Below are positions 38,288-47,149 of a stretch of 64,000 bases of DNA, piece after piece. Numbering within the stretch: the stretch's first letter is position 1; the number at the start of each line of letters is the position of its first letter. Origin of the DNA: Phycisphaeraceae bacterium (GTDB lineage Bacteria > Planctomycetota > Phycisphaerae > Phycisphaerales > Phycisphaeraceae); the NCBI GenBank assembly GCA_963674705.1, contig OY771506.1:1856001-1920000 (forward strand), written 5' to 3'. Made by a program: the position numbers and the translations under genes. The notes below the pieces were generated by a model that was not told the DNA's origin, ran no database searches, and saw nothing but the letters and a program-made list of their open reading frames with translations.

Positions 38288-39098
38288 CCTCGTATTCTGG
38301 GCACCGGTGTTGGTTGCGGGGTTGGTTGCGGGGGCATCCAGTGGTTTATTGAGCGTGTACATCGTTGGGATGCGTGTTCCGTTTCTGGGGATCTGTATTT
38401 CACACGCTGCGCTGGCGGGCGCGGTGTTCGGCGCGTTGTTTGGATTGGAAGGGCAGGCGTTGATGCTGCCCGCATTAGGTGCATCTGTATTGACCGCGTT
38501 GGCGTTGGGGCTGGCGTCGCCGAACCGTGTGCGGATGGATGACAACATCGTGATGGGTTTGCTGCTCTCATTAACGATGGGGTTGGCGTTCCTGGGGTTT
38601 GGACTATTTAGCGTATTCGGGCGCAGTGATAATGAGGTACGCTCGCTATTGTGGGGCAGCCTGACGTTCTGCGGCTGGGATGATGTATTGTGGATGTGCA
38701 TCAGTGCTGGGGCATTGGTGTTCTTTGTGCTGCTGTTTGGTAAGGAGATGCGTGCGATCCTCTTTTCGAGAGTGGATGCCGAAGCGTGCGGCGTGCGCGT
38801 CGGATTCATCTGGCCCATCTTCCTGGTTCTTGCCGCCATGTTGCTGACGGTGAACTTCCAGACCGTCGGCGGGTTGATGATCTACAGCCTGATTACCAAC
38901 CCGGCCGCCGCGGCGTTCCAACTGACGCGCAGTGTAAACAGGGCGATGCTCCTTTCTATCGTACTGGGCGCAGTAAGTGGCCTTGGAGGTTTCTTGCTGT
39001 CGGCATGGACCGACCTGCCCAGCGGCGCGGTCATCGTGTTGCTTTCCTCGCTGCTCGTGGCGCTAGCGGCGGGTTGGCGATATCTGCGACGTAATTAG
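38280..39098 (+). CDS. Metal ABC transporter permease (ABC-3/ZnuB family)
   Basis: Multiple TM segments; ISHAALAG, LLWGS, AEACGV, VGGLMI..LITNPAAAA, DLPSGAVIV. Confidence 0.9.
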   Translation: MLDLVFWAPVLVAGLVAGASSGLLSVYIVGMRVPFLGICISHAALAGAVFGALFGLEGQALMLPALGASVLTALALGLASPNRVRMDDNIVMGLLLSLTMGLAFLGFGLFSVFGRSDNEVRSLLWGSLTFCGWDDVLWMCISAGALVFFVLLFGKEMRAILFSRVDAEACGVRVGFIWPIFLVLAAMLLTVNFQTVGGLMIYSLITNPAAAAFQLTRSVNRAMLLSIVLGAVSGLGGFLLSAWTDLPSGAVIVLLSSLLVALAAGWRYLRRN

Positions 39099-39195
39099 TC
39101 ATTATTTGCGAATCCAGGCGGGAATACTTTGTGGGTTTGTCTGGTTGTACGACCTGAACGAATGATCTGCTAATGACCTGCTACAATCCTCCGTT

Positions 39196-40230
39196 ATGAC
39201 AGACAACAACATCGAGAAAGTAACGATCATTGGTTCCGGCCCCGCCGGCTGGACCGCCGCCATCTACGCCGCCCGCGCCAACCTCAATCCCCTGATGTTC
39301 CCGGGTAGGGCCATGGGCAAGGATCTGATGCCCGGTGGCCAGCTTATGATGACCACGGAAGTCGAGAACTACCCCGGCTTCCCCAAAGGCATCGAAGGGC
39401 CCGACATGATGCAGGAGTTTGCCAAGCAGGCCCTGCGCTTCGGCACACGCGTGGTGACGGATGACGGCATCCAGGACAGCGAACAGGTCAATGCCGATGC
39501 TCCTTTGTATACACCTTTCCAGAACGTCAAGAGCGTGGACCTGTCCAAACGGCCTTTTACCATCACTGGTGACAACGGCATCGAGGTCAAGTCGCACGCA
39601 GTAATCATCGCGACCGGCGCCAAGGCCAATTGGTTAGGGCTGGAAAACGAACAACGGCTCGCACAGTCCGGCGGTGGTGTCAGTGCCTGTGCGGTATGCG
39701 ATGGCGCGTTGCCCGCCTTCCGTGACGCGGAACTGGCAGTGGTCGGCGGCGGGGACTCGGCTGTCGAGGAGGCAAGCTACCTGACGAAGTTCGCCAAGAA
39801 GGTGTACATGATCGTCAGGCGCGATGTCTTGCGTGCCAGCAAGATCATGGCCGAGCGCGCCGAGAAGAACCCCAAGATCGAATTCCTGTGGAACACGAAG
39901 GTTGTGGATGTGCTCGGCGAAAAGTTTATCAGCGGTGTTAAACTCGAAGACACCAAGACCGGCGAACAGCGCGAGATGCCGTTGGGCGGTTTATTCATGG
40001 CAATCGGGCACACACCTATCACCGAGTTCCTCGACGGCCAACTGGAAACTGATGAATCCGGCTACATCAAGCTGGCGGACCCATATCGCTCGACGACGAA
40101 GATCGAAGGCGTATTTGTGGCCGGCGACGTGGCGGACCACGTATACCGCCAGGCGATCACCGCCGCGGGCATGGGCTGCAAGGCTGCGATCGACGCCGAA
40201 CGCTGGCTTGCGGAGCAGGGCGTTGAGTAA
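39196..40230 (+). CDS. trxB: Thioredoxin-disulfide reductase
   Basis: IIGSGPAGWTAAIY, GGQLMMTTEVENYPGF, SACAVCDG, GGGDSAVEEA, AGDVAD, RQAITAAG. Confidence 0.96.
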   Translation: MTDNNIEKVTIIGSGPAGWTAAIYAARANLNPLMFPGRAMGKDLMPGGQLMMTTEVENYPGFPKGIEGPDMMQEFAKQALRFGTRVVTDDGIQDSEQVNADAPLYTPFQNVKSVDLSKRPFTITGDNGIEVKSHAVIIATGAKANWLGLENEQRLAQSGGGVSACAVCDGALPAFRDAELAVVGGGDSAVEEASYLTKFAKKVYMIVRRDVLRASKIMAERAEKNPKIEFLWNTKVVDVLGEKFISGVKLEDTKTGEQREMPLGGLFMAIGHTPITEFLDGQLETDESGYIKLADPYRSTTKIEGVFVAGDVADHVYRQAITAAGMGCKAAIDAERWLAEQGVE

Positions 40231-40784
40231 CGGCTCGGGTTTATTGATTTAATTCATCAAGACTTTTATTGCTGCGTTGGCGTTTTGGTGCGCGTGTCGC
40301 GGGTGTTTACTGCGCGGGGGGCTCGCGGGATTGCGCGCGCAGTGGGTGTGACCGTGTCCGCCTCCCCCGGGGAGTGTTTGGGCATTTGAGGAGTTATCTA
40401 CTTGTCAAAGAACGTTTTGCGGGTTGTCCGCTATTTGGGGGTAGGACGTCCGCCCCTTTGTTTTCAAGCTATGGATGCGGAGGGCGGACACAATCGTGTC
40501 CGGTCCTGCCAGTCTTGTGGTTGAGGTTGTGGGTGTATCGCGATCGTAACCAGCAACGATGTGACCGGCTCTGGCCGGGGGCCATTCTCTGGTGCAATGG
40601 ATGCACAATTTTCGGGTTTATGCGTGAGTCAACGATCATGACGCCTCCTATATAGGCGTGGTGCGACAGGTATGTGCGCAGAAAGGTGGCCCATATGCAG
40701 TTGGCGTGGATGTATGGGGTTGTAGATATATGGGCGAGTAAACTCGCCCGCTAAACGGGAAGCATGAAGCATGCATATCCTTTT

Positions 40785-40816
40785 CCAACCCCAACCCCAA
40801 CCCCAACCCCAACCCC
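40785..40816 (-). repeat. Hexanucleotide tandem repeat (GGGGTT)5GG, G-quadruplex-prone
   Basis: Plus strand (CCAACC)5CC, 13 nt beyond the ruvA stop codon. Confidence 0.9.
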
Positions 40817-40829
40817 TGAACACGAAAAA

Positions 40830-41492
40830 TCATCCCCCGCCCTTGATCCGGTATACCTCGGCGACGAGGGATTCGACATCGCTTGGTGCGTCGTCCATCG
40901 ACAGGATGCGGTCGATCCAGTTGACAGCCTGGGTGCGGTTTTCGCCGAATTGAAGCAGTACTTGCAGGGCGTCTCGGGCTAAGCTCCCTGCCCCCGGAAT
41001 GTGAGTCGGTTCGATATCCGTGCCGTCGTCGGCGACGGTTCGATTGCCGGTTGGGATGGCGTCGAGGAAGCGGTCGACCTTGCCTTTGAGGGTGACGGCG
41101 ATGGTTTCGGCGGTGCGTTTGCCGACCTCGGGCAGGCTTTGCAGCAAGGCGAGGTCGCGGTCGGCGATTGCGCCGGCGATCTGGGCGGTGGAGAGGGTCA
41201 TCGCCCGCAGTGCCCGGCGGTGGCCGATGCCTTTACAGGTGACGAACAGCTCGAAGAACTGCCGGTCGATCGCGCTGGTGAAGCCGGCGAGGCGGGGGTA
41301 GATCGTCGCCCCTTGGGCCTGGGATTCCAAGTAATGCAAGGTGTGAAGGGTCACGGTTTTACCGATCGAGCCGGTGAGTCTGGCGGCGGTGTAGGCCGGG
41401 AGCAGCACTTCGTAAGTTAGCCCGCTGGGCAGGCTGATATAGCCCCGATCGGCTTCTATGGATTGGAGGATTCCTTCGAGTTTTACAATCAT
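40830..41492 (-). CDS. ruvA: Holliday junction branch migration protein RuvA
   Basis: MIVKLEGIL, GLTYEV, LAGF, CKGIGHRRAL, LPEVGKRTAETI, ALQVLLQFGE. Confidence 0.93.
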   Translation of the reverse strand: MIVKLEGILQSIEADRGYISLPSGLTYEVLLPAYTAARLTGSIGKTVTLHTLHYLESQAQGATIYPRLAGFTSAIDRQFFELFVTCKGIGHRRALRAMTLSTAQIAGAIADRDLALLQSLPEVGKRTAETIAVTLKGKVDRFLDAIPTGNRTVADDGTDIEPTHIPGAGSLARDALQVLLQFGENRTQAVNWIDRILSMDDAPSDVESLVAEVYRIKGGG

Positions 41493-41595
41493 GCGCCCGA
41501 TAATACCCGCCCTGAGCGTCCGCGTCGCCGGGTGGTGTGAAACTTTGCGCTTTGGGTTGTCAACTATCGGTCCTGACCGGCCGATGCTGGAGGAT

Positions 41596-42690
41596 ATGCG
41601 TATAGCCGGATACATGCTGCTGTTGTTCCTGACAGCGGGCCTGCTCATCGGGCTCGGTCTGAAAGGGGCATGGACCCAACAACGGGCCTTGCAGTCTTTC
41701 ACATCCGTAAACGTATCGATCAATAAAAATGAAGTGCGCTCAAGCCGATTCGGCGGTTTCGAGCCGGATGTGTCGTTCAGCTATCGCGCGATGGGCAAGA
41801 CCTACCAAAGCAGTCAGGCCGCGCCGCTGCTTATCCATGGGTCGCGCGACTGGGCGGAGTCTATCCAGCGCCGCATCCAATCGGAAGAATTGACCGCGCG
41901 TGTGAACCCACTCGACCCGGCCGATGCGTATCTGCTTCCGATCGGGAGGTTCCGGCCGTATGGTTTGGTCCTGTTTGGTTTAGCGATACTGGGTTTAGGC
42001 CTGATCCCGATCCGCATCGGTGGCGTGTTGTCGCACGAGCCGACGGCGATCACGGGTGGGCCTTACGACTGGTACGACCTGACGCCGGGCGAAACACCCG
42101 CCAATCTCGTGTTGATGTGGTCCGGGATCGCGGTGGTGTGGTACCTGCTTGGTTTAATGACGGCAGGGCATTACTACATGACGGTGCCGCCGGTGTATGA
42201 AGTGAAAGCACTGGTGGGGACGTCGCTTTTCGCGGCCGCGGGTCTTTGGCCGATGAGCAGGGCGCTAAGCGCGATGGGTATCGCGTCGCACCTGGGAACC
42301 CCCAAGGTCCGCATGACACGGAAGACCATCAGTCTTGCGGAGCCGGTCTTTGTGAGGATCGAGCAGCCGTTCATGCGTGATACGATCGTGCGCGAGGTGC
42401 GTGTGGCGTTAACGTGCATCCAGCACAATGGCCTGAATTCGGTGCGTTACTTCACCGCTTCGAGTGTGGCGGTCGCGGACCGTGCGGTGCGCAGCGGTGA
42501 AAAAATCAGCGGCGAGTTCAGCTTTGAAGTGCCTGAAAAGAAACGCCACCCGAGTTCGCTTTTTTCGCGCTGGAGCTATCCCCGTACGGACTGGCGTATC
42601 GAGATCACGGTCCGGACGAAGAAGTCCAGCACGACGGCGACCTTCCCGGTGATCGCGGAGAACACGAAGCGTGTCGCGAAAGCGGCGTAA
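41596..42690 (+). CDS. DUF3592-like membrane protein
   Basis: GGAGG RBS before ATG 41596; TM, then PDVSFSY...G..Y...VNPLDPADAYL, further TMs and a beta-rich C-domain. Confidence 0.7.
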   Translation: MRIAGYMLLLFLTAGLLIGLGLKGAWTQQRALQSFTSVNVSINKNEVRSSRFGGFEPDVSFSYRAMGKTYQSSQAAPLLIHGSRDWAESIQRRIQSEELTARVNPLDPADAYLLPIGRFRPYGLVLFGLAILGLGLIPIRIGGVLSHEPTAITGGPYDWYDLTPGETPANLVLMWSGIAVVWYLLGLMTAGHYYMTVPPVYEVKALVGTSLFAAAGLWPMSRALSAMGIASHLGTPKVRMTRKTISLAEPVFVRIEQPFMRDTIVREVRVALTCIQHNGLNSVRYFTASSVAVADRAVRSGEKISGEFSFEVPEKKRHPSSLFSRWSYPRTDWRIEITVRTKKSSTTATFPVIAENTKRVAKAA

Positions 42691-42736
42691 CGGGTGTTGC
42701 TAAATGCGATCCGTTCTCAGTTGCGTTGATGAAATT

Positions 42737-42827
42737 AAGCCACCGATAAACACGGATTAACACAGATGAGTATCAAAGACCTTGCGTCTGTACTCAATCC
42801 GTGTCTATCTGTGTTAATCGGTGGCTT
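42737..42827. repeat. Long imperfect inverted repeat, REP-like, built from ACAC(A/G)GAT units
   Basis: AAGCCACCGATAAACACGGATTAACACAGATGAGTA ... TACTCAATCCGTGTCTATCTGTGTTAATCGGTGGCTT. Confidence 0.75.
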
Positions 42828-43050
42828 TCCTTATATAGTCTATTGATCGTTCTCCCTTGTGGTTTTGTGGTTACTTAAATACCGTGCGGGAGTCTGTCAT
42901 CCCGTTACATTGGTATTGCATTTCCGGGAATTTCGGGTTTCGATAATTCAATACAGGTTCTTGTCAAACATTGGCTTGTCCCGTATCGTAATACGCAAGA
43001 GAAATCATTCTCTATTGTGTACGTAACACCTTTACTTCAGGGGATATAGC

Positions 43051-44067
43051 ATGTCGAACGACGGCGGTCACGGGCCCGAAGCGGACCTGAAGGCGTTGTG
43101 GGATTCTTTTGATGCGCTGAGCGATCAGCTTCGGGAGGTGGTCGTCGGCCAGGAAGTGGCGATGCGTCAGCTCCTGACGGGCTTGCTGTGCGGCGGGCAC
43201 ATGGTCATGATCGGCGTGCCGGGGCTTGCTAAAACCCTGATGGTCCGGGCGCTGGCGGAGGCGCTGGGCTGGTCTTTCCATCGGATACAGTTCACCCCCG
43301 ACCTGATGCCCGCTGACATCACAGGCACCGAGATTTTGCAAAGCGATGAGGCGGGCCGGCGCCGTGAGTTGGTCTTCCATAAGGGACCGATTTTCGCGAA
43401 CCTGATTCTCGCAGATGAAATAAACCGTACGCCGCCGAAGACACAAGCGGCTCTGCTTGAAGCGATGCAGGAACAGGCGGTCACCGTCAATGGCCAGACC
43501 TTCACGCTGGATAAACCCTTCGTCGTGATCGCGACACAAAACCCGATCGAACAGGAAGGCACGTACCCGCTTCCCGAAGCGCAGCTCGATCGTTTTATGC
43601 TGAGCATTCATGTCGATTATCCGGGCGCTGAGTATGAACGTGACATCGCATCTCGTTCGCCACGCATGCAGTTGCCGAAGATGCAGCAGGTTGCGTCGCC
43701 CGAGCAGTTCTCTCGCTTCGTCGACATGGTTGATGCGGTGCCCGTGTCGGATCATGTTTTGAATTACGCGGTGTCGCTCGTGATGTCGAGCCGACCGAGC
43801 GATCCGTCTGCTGATGATTATGTACGCAAGTACGTAGGTTGGGGCGTTGGTCCGCGCGGTGCACAACACCTGGTGACGGCTGCGAAAGCCGCTGCGTTAT
43901 TAGACAAACGGCCGACGCCCGAGGTGCGCGATGTTCATGATATGGCGCTACCCGTGCTGCGTCACCGCCTGATTGCCAACTACAACGCGATGGGTGAGGG
44001 GCTTGATTCCAAGGACATCATCGAGCATCTATTAAAGAACGTGAATGAGCCGGCGGCTGTGGCATAG
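43051..44067 (+). CDS. moxR: MoxR-family AAA+ ATPase
   Basis: GVPGLAKT, RIQFTPDLMPADITG, LADEINRTPPKTQAALLEAM, ATQNPIEQEGTYPLPEAQLDRF. Confidence 0.95.
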   Translation: MSNDGGHGPEADLKALWDSFDALSDQLREVVVGQEVAMRQLLTGLLCGGHMVMIGVPGLAKTLMVRALAEALGWSFHRIQFTPDLMPADITGTEILQSDEAGRRRELVFHKGPIFANLILADEINRTPPKTQAALLEAMQEQAVTVNGQTFTLDKPFVVIATQNPIEQEGTYPLPEAQLDRFMLSIHVDYPGAEYERDIASRSPRMQLPKMQQVASPEQFSRFVDMVDAVPVSDHVLNYAVSLVMSSRPSDPSADDYVRKYVGWGVGPRGAQHLVTAAKAAALLDKRPTPEVRDVHDMALPVLRHRLIANYNAMGEGLDSKDIIEHLLKNVNEPAAVA

Positions 44068-44117
44068 ATCGGATATTGTGTGTTGGGGAATTTCGGGGAT
44101 ATCTGCAGGAAGTCGTG

Positions 44118-45026
44118 ATGGCCAAGTTTAACCACCCCTATCTGGATCTGGCGCGGATGGAGATGCTTCGGCGCGTGCGCCTGAAACCGCGTGGGATGGC
44201 GGAAGGCACGTTCTCCGGGCCGCACAAATCGCCGTACCGGGGCACAGCCGTCGAATTCGCCGACTTCCGAAGCTACACCGATGGCGACGACATCCGTCTG
44301 GTGGACTGGAAAGTCTTCGCCCGCACGGATAAGCATTACGTTCGCTTGTATGAAGCCGAGCGGAACCTGCTTTCGTATATCGTGATGGATACGAGCGGGT
44401 CGATGGAGTTTGCCGGCGTCGTCAGGCCAACCATGAGCAAGCTGGAATACGCGGGTCGGCTCGCCGCGGCGCTGGCGTACATGGTCGTGGATGCGGGCGA
44501 TGAAGTCGGATTATCGCTTGCCGACGAATCGGTTCATTTGCACCTGCCGCCACGATCGAGTTGGAGCCATCTTGCGACAATGGTCGGCTCGCTGGGCGAT
44601 GCGAAAGCGGAAGGCCGTACGGACCTGAGCGAATGTCTGATCGAAGCGTTTCAGCGGGCTACGCGCCGAGGTGTTTTGATTGTTCTCAGTGATTTTCTCG
44701 ATCATAGCTCCGACTTCTGGCAGCGGATCAACCTGTTTCGCAATTCGCGTTTCGATGTGATGCTGTTTCATGTTGTGCATCCGGAAGAGTTGGAGCTGCC
44801 TGACGTGCCGATGGCGCGGTTCATGGATAGTGAAGGCGGCAGCGGTTCTTTCCTCGCTGAACCCGAACAGGTGCGCAAGCTGTATCAGCAGCGGTTTAAC
44901 GAACACCTGAAAAAGATCGAGTCCGGCGCGAAGTATCGCGGCTGCGACTGGGTGCTGGCGCGTACGGATACGGACCCGTACCAGTTGCTTCAGAACAGTT
45001 TTCTTGAACGCGAACGGGGGCGCTAG
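44118..45026 (+). CDS. DUF58 protein (MoxR-associated)
   Basis: GPHKSPYRGTAVEFADFRSYTDGDDIRLVDWKVFAR, DTSGSM, LSDF. Confidence 0.92.
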   Translation: MAKFNHPYLDLARMEMLRRVRLKPRGMAEGTFSGPHKSPYRGTAVEFADFRSYTDGDDIRLVDWKVFARTDKHYVRLYEAERNLLSYIVMDTSGSMEFAGVVRPTMSKLEYAGRLAAALAYMVVDAGDEVGLSLADESVHLHLPPRSSWSHLATMVGSLGDAKAEGRTDLSECLIEAFQRATRRGVLIVLSDFLDHSSDFWQRINLFRNSRFDVMLFHVVHPEELELPDVPMARFMDSEGGSGSFLAEPEQVRKLYQQRFNEHLKKIESGAKYRGCDWVLARTDTDPYQLLQNSFLERERGR

Positions 45027-45028
45027 CG

Positions 45029-47149
45029 ATGATCGGTTTCACCAACGCGCTACTGCTTGCGGGACTGGTTGCGATCGGGCTGCCGGTCCTGATACACATG
45101 CTGACGCGCCCGCGTCCGAAGGTGATTAAGTACCCCACGTTCCACATGCTCGTCGAAGCGGGCAGTGGGCAGCAGGCATTGCAACGGTTGCGGACGATTC
45201 TAGTTTTGTTATTACGTTCATTATTGATCGCCGCGCTTGTGCTGGTATTCACGCGGCCGTTCTGGCAACGAGCTACGCATTCAAAAGTGGACGAAAACCC
45301 GAGTGTGGTGCTGCTCGTTGATGCGTCGATGAGCATGGGCGCAGCGCAGGGCGGCGTGTCATTATTTGATAACGCACGATCGCAGGCGGCGGATGTGCTC
45401 CGATCGCTGGACGACAACACGCAGGCGGCGGTCATTTTGATCGGCCGTAAACCACGCGCGCTACTCCCGGTCTTATCGCAGAACCATGCGGCACTTCACG
45501 AACACCTGATCGCTGCTAAACGCACATTTGAAATGGGCGATCCTGCCTCAGCGCTCGACTTGGCAGAACAGATGCTGGGTGAAACGGGTGGACGCGTGAT
45601 CATCTTGAGTGATTTTCAACGCACCAATTGGAGTGATGTTGCGCTTGCTGACCGCGCCGGGATTGAATGTGTGTTGATGCCGGTGTCTGACCAGGATGCG
45701 GAGAACGTCGGCGTAACCGCGATGAATGTCTCACCTGGTGTTCCTATCGTTGATGAAAAGATCAACCTGACGGTTACGTTATTCAACGCAACCCCCGCCA
45801 AACGCAGCGAGGTCGTTCGCTTGACGTTTGATGAATTGACGATGGACGCCGAGGTAGAGTTGAGGCCTTACAGTTCCGCCGACGCTTCGTTCAGTTTTTC
45901 GATGTCCACGCCGGGCTTCTATGGTGGGAAAGTCACATTGGTCGGCGATGGATTGCCTGATGACGATGCAAGATACGTCACGCTGCATGTGCGTGATGCG
46001 TTGCGTGCGCTTCTGATCAGCGATGCAGAGTCGACGGATTCCGACTACGCCGCATTTTATCTCGCGCGTGCACTGTCACCCTCTGAATACGCATCGACGG
46101 GGATCAAAGTCGCTACTCGTCGGCCCGCAGATCTGGATCGTGGTTCTTTAGAGACAGCCGATCTGTTCGTTCTCGCGCCACCGGTCCGGTTAACAGGTGA
46201 ATCGGTTGACGTTATTGCTCGTCGTGTGCGCGATGGTGCGGACCTGCTTTGTTTCATGGATGGCCCGCAGACCAGTGACGTGCTCAACGCATTGGCCGGA
46301 GCATCGCAAGGCCTGATCTCTCCGCCTTTCACATTGGCGCGACCGGTGCAGTCGCCTCGCGCAGACCTGACGTTTGCCAGCCGGCGCCTTGCCGATCCCG
46401 CATCGATGCGGCTTGGTTTAATTTCAGATACAGATTTTTCTTCATTGCACTTCAGCCGATACTTCATGACCGACAACGACCCGGCCAGGGAGCGCGAGTT
46501 GGTCATGTCTCATGCCGATGGCTCAGCTGCGCTTGCGATGTGGCCTTGCGAGCAGGGCGGTGTAGTGCTGATGAACTTCCCCGTCACACCCGATGCCGGG
46601 AACATCGCGGGCAATCCGCTGTTCCCCGTCCTGCTGCACGAAACATTGCGGGCGCTTCGCCAGGACACGGGCAGGGGTGAGGTTCGCCCGGGTAGCGCAT
46701 GGACCTTGGATGTGCCGGGCGGACAATCCGGATCAGATGGTGATGAGATTGCGTACCGCGTGATTGGCCCGGATGAAAAGCCCGTCGATGTTGATGTCAT
46801 CTCACGCGGCCGAACGGATAAGCTCTCGCTCGCGTCGGCAGAGTTACCCGGTCATTACCAGGTGCTGCGTGGTGACAAACCTGTCGATGCGGGTGTCGTG
46901 AACGTGCATCCCAAAGAAACGGACACGCGTCGGCTCAACCTGCAAACGTTGATCGAAGCGTCGGCCGGCGGCGTCAAACTTGCCGGACAAGCCGGCACGC
47001 GCATCACCACCAGCGATCAACAACCACTCTGGCCCAAGCTCTTAATACTTGCGGCACTGTGCATGACCACCGAGATGTTAATCCTTGCATGGTGGCCCAC
47101 AGCTTCGCGCTCGGTGCGTTTAAGTAACCAGCGGGGGGTGGCATCATGA
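45029..47149 (+). CDS. BatA-type N-terminal TM domain plus vWA domain protein
   Basis: LPVLIHML..P.P....YPT, LLLR..L..RP, DASMSM MIDAS, LSDFQ; C-terminal TM. Confidence 0.88.
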   Translation: MIGFTNALLLAGLVAIGLPVLIHMLTRPRPKVIKYPTFHMLVEAGSGQQALQRLRTILVLLLRSLLIAALVLVFTRPFWQRATHSKVDENPSVVLLVDASMSMGAAQGGVSLFDNARSQAADVLRSLDDNTQAAVILIGRKPRALLPVLSQNHAALHEHLIAAKRTFEMGDPASALDLAEQMLGETGGRVIILSDFQRTNWSDVALADRAGIECVLMPVSDQDAENVGVTAMNVSPGVPIVDEKINLTVTLFNATPAKRSEVVRLTFDELTMDAEVELRPYSSADASFSFSMSTPGFYGGKVTLVGDGLPDDDARYVTLHVRDALRALLISDAESTDSDYAAFYLARALSPSEYASTGIKVATRRPADLDRGSLETADLFVLAPPVRLTGESVDVIARRVRDGADLLCFMDGPQTSDVLNALAGASQGLISPPFTLARPVQSPRADLTFASRRLADPASMRLGLISDTDFSSLHFSRYFMTDNDPARERELVMSHADGSAALAMWPCEQGGVVLMNFPVTPDAGNIAGNPLFPVLLHETLRALRQDTGRGEVRPGSAWTLDVPGGQSGSDGDEIAYRVIGPDEKPVDVDVISRGRTDKLSLASAELPGHYQVLRGDKPVDAGVVNVHPKETDTRRLNLQTLIEASAGGVKLAGQAGTRITTSDQQPLWPKLLILAALCMTTEMLILAWWPTASRSVRLSNQRGVAS

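Noticed and set aside
36702..38839. Long minus-strand ORFs (354 aa and 364 aa)
   Set aside because: Antisense shadows of well-supported ABC transporter genes in GC-rich DNA; no motifs.
40231..40784. Small ORFs or ncRNA between trxB and ruvA
   Set aside because: The ORFs have no convincing RBS or motifs, and I saw no convincing stable structure.
43012..43869. 285-aa minus-strand ORF
   Set aside because: Antisense shadow of the conserved moxR gene.
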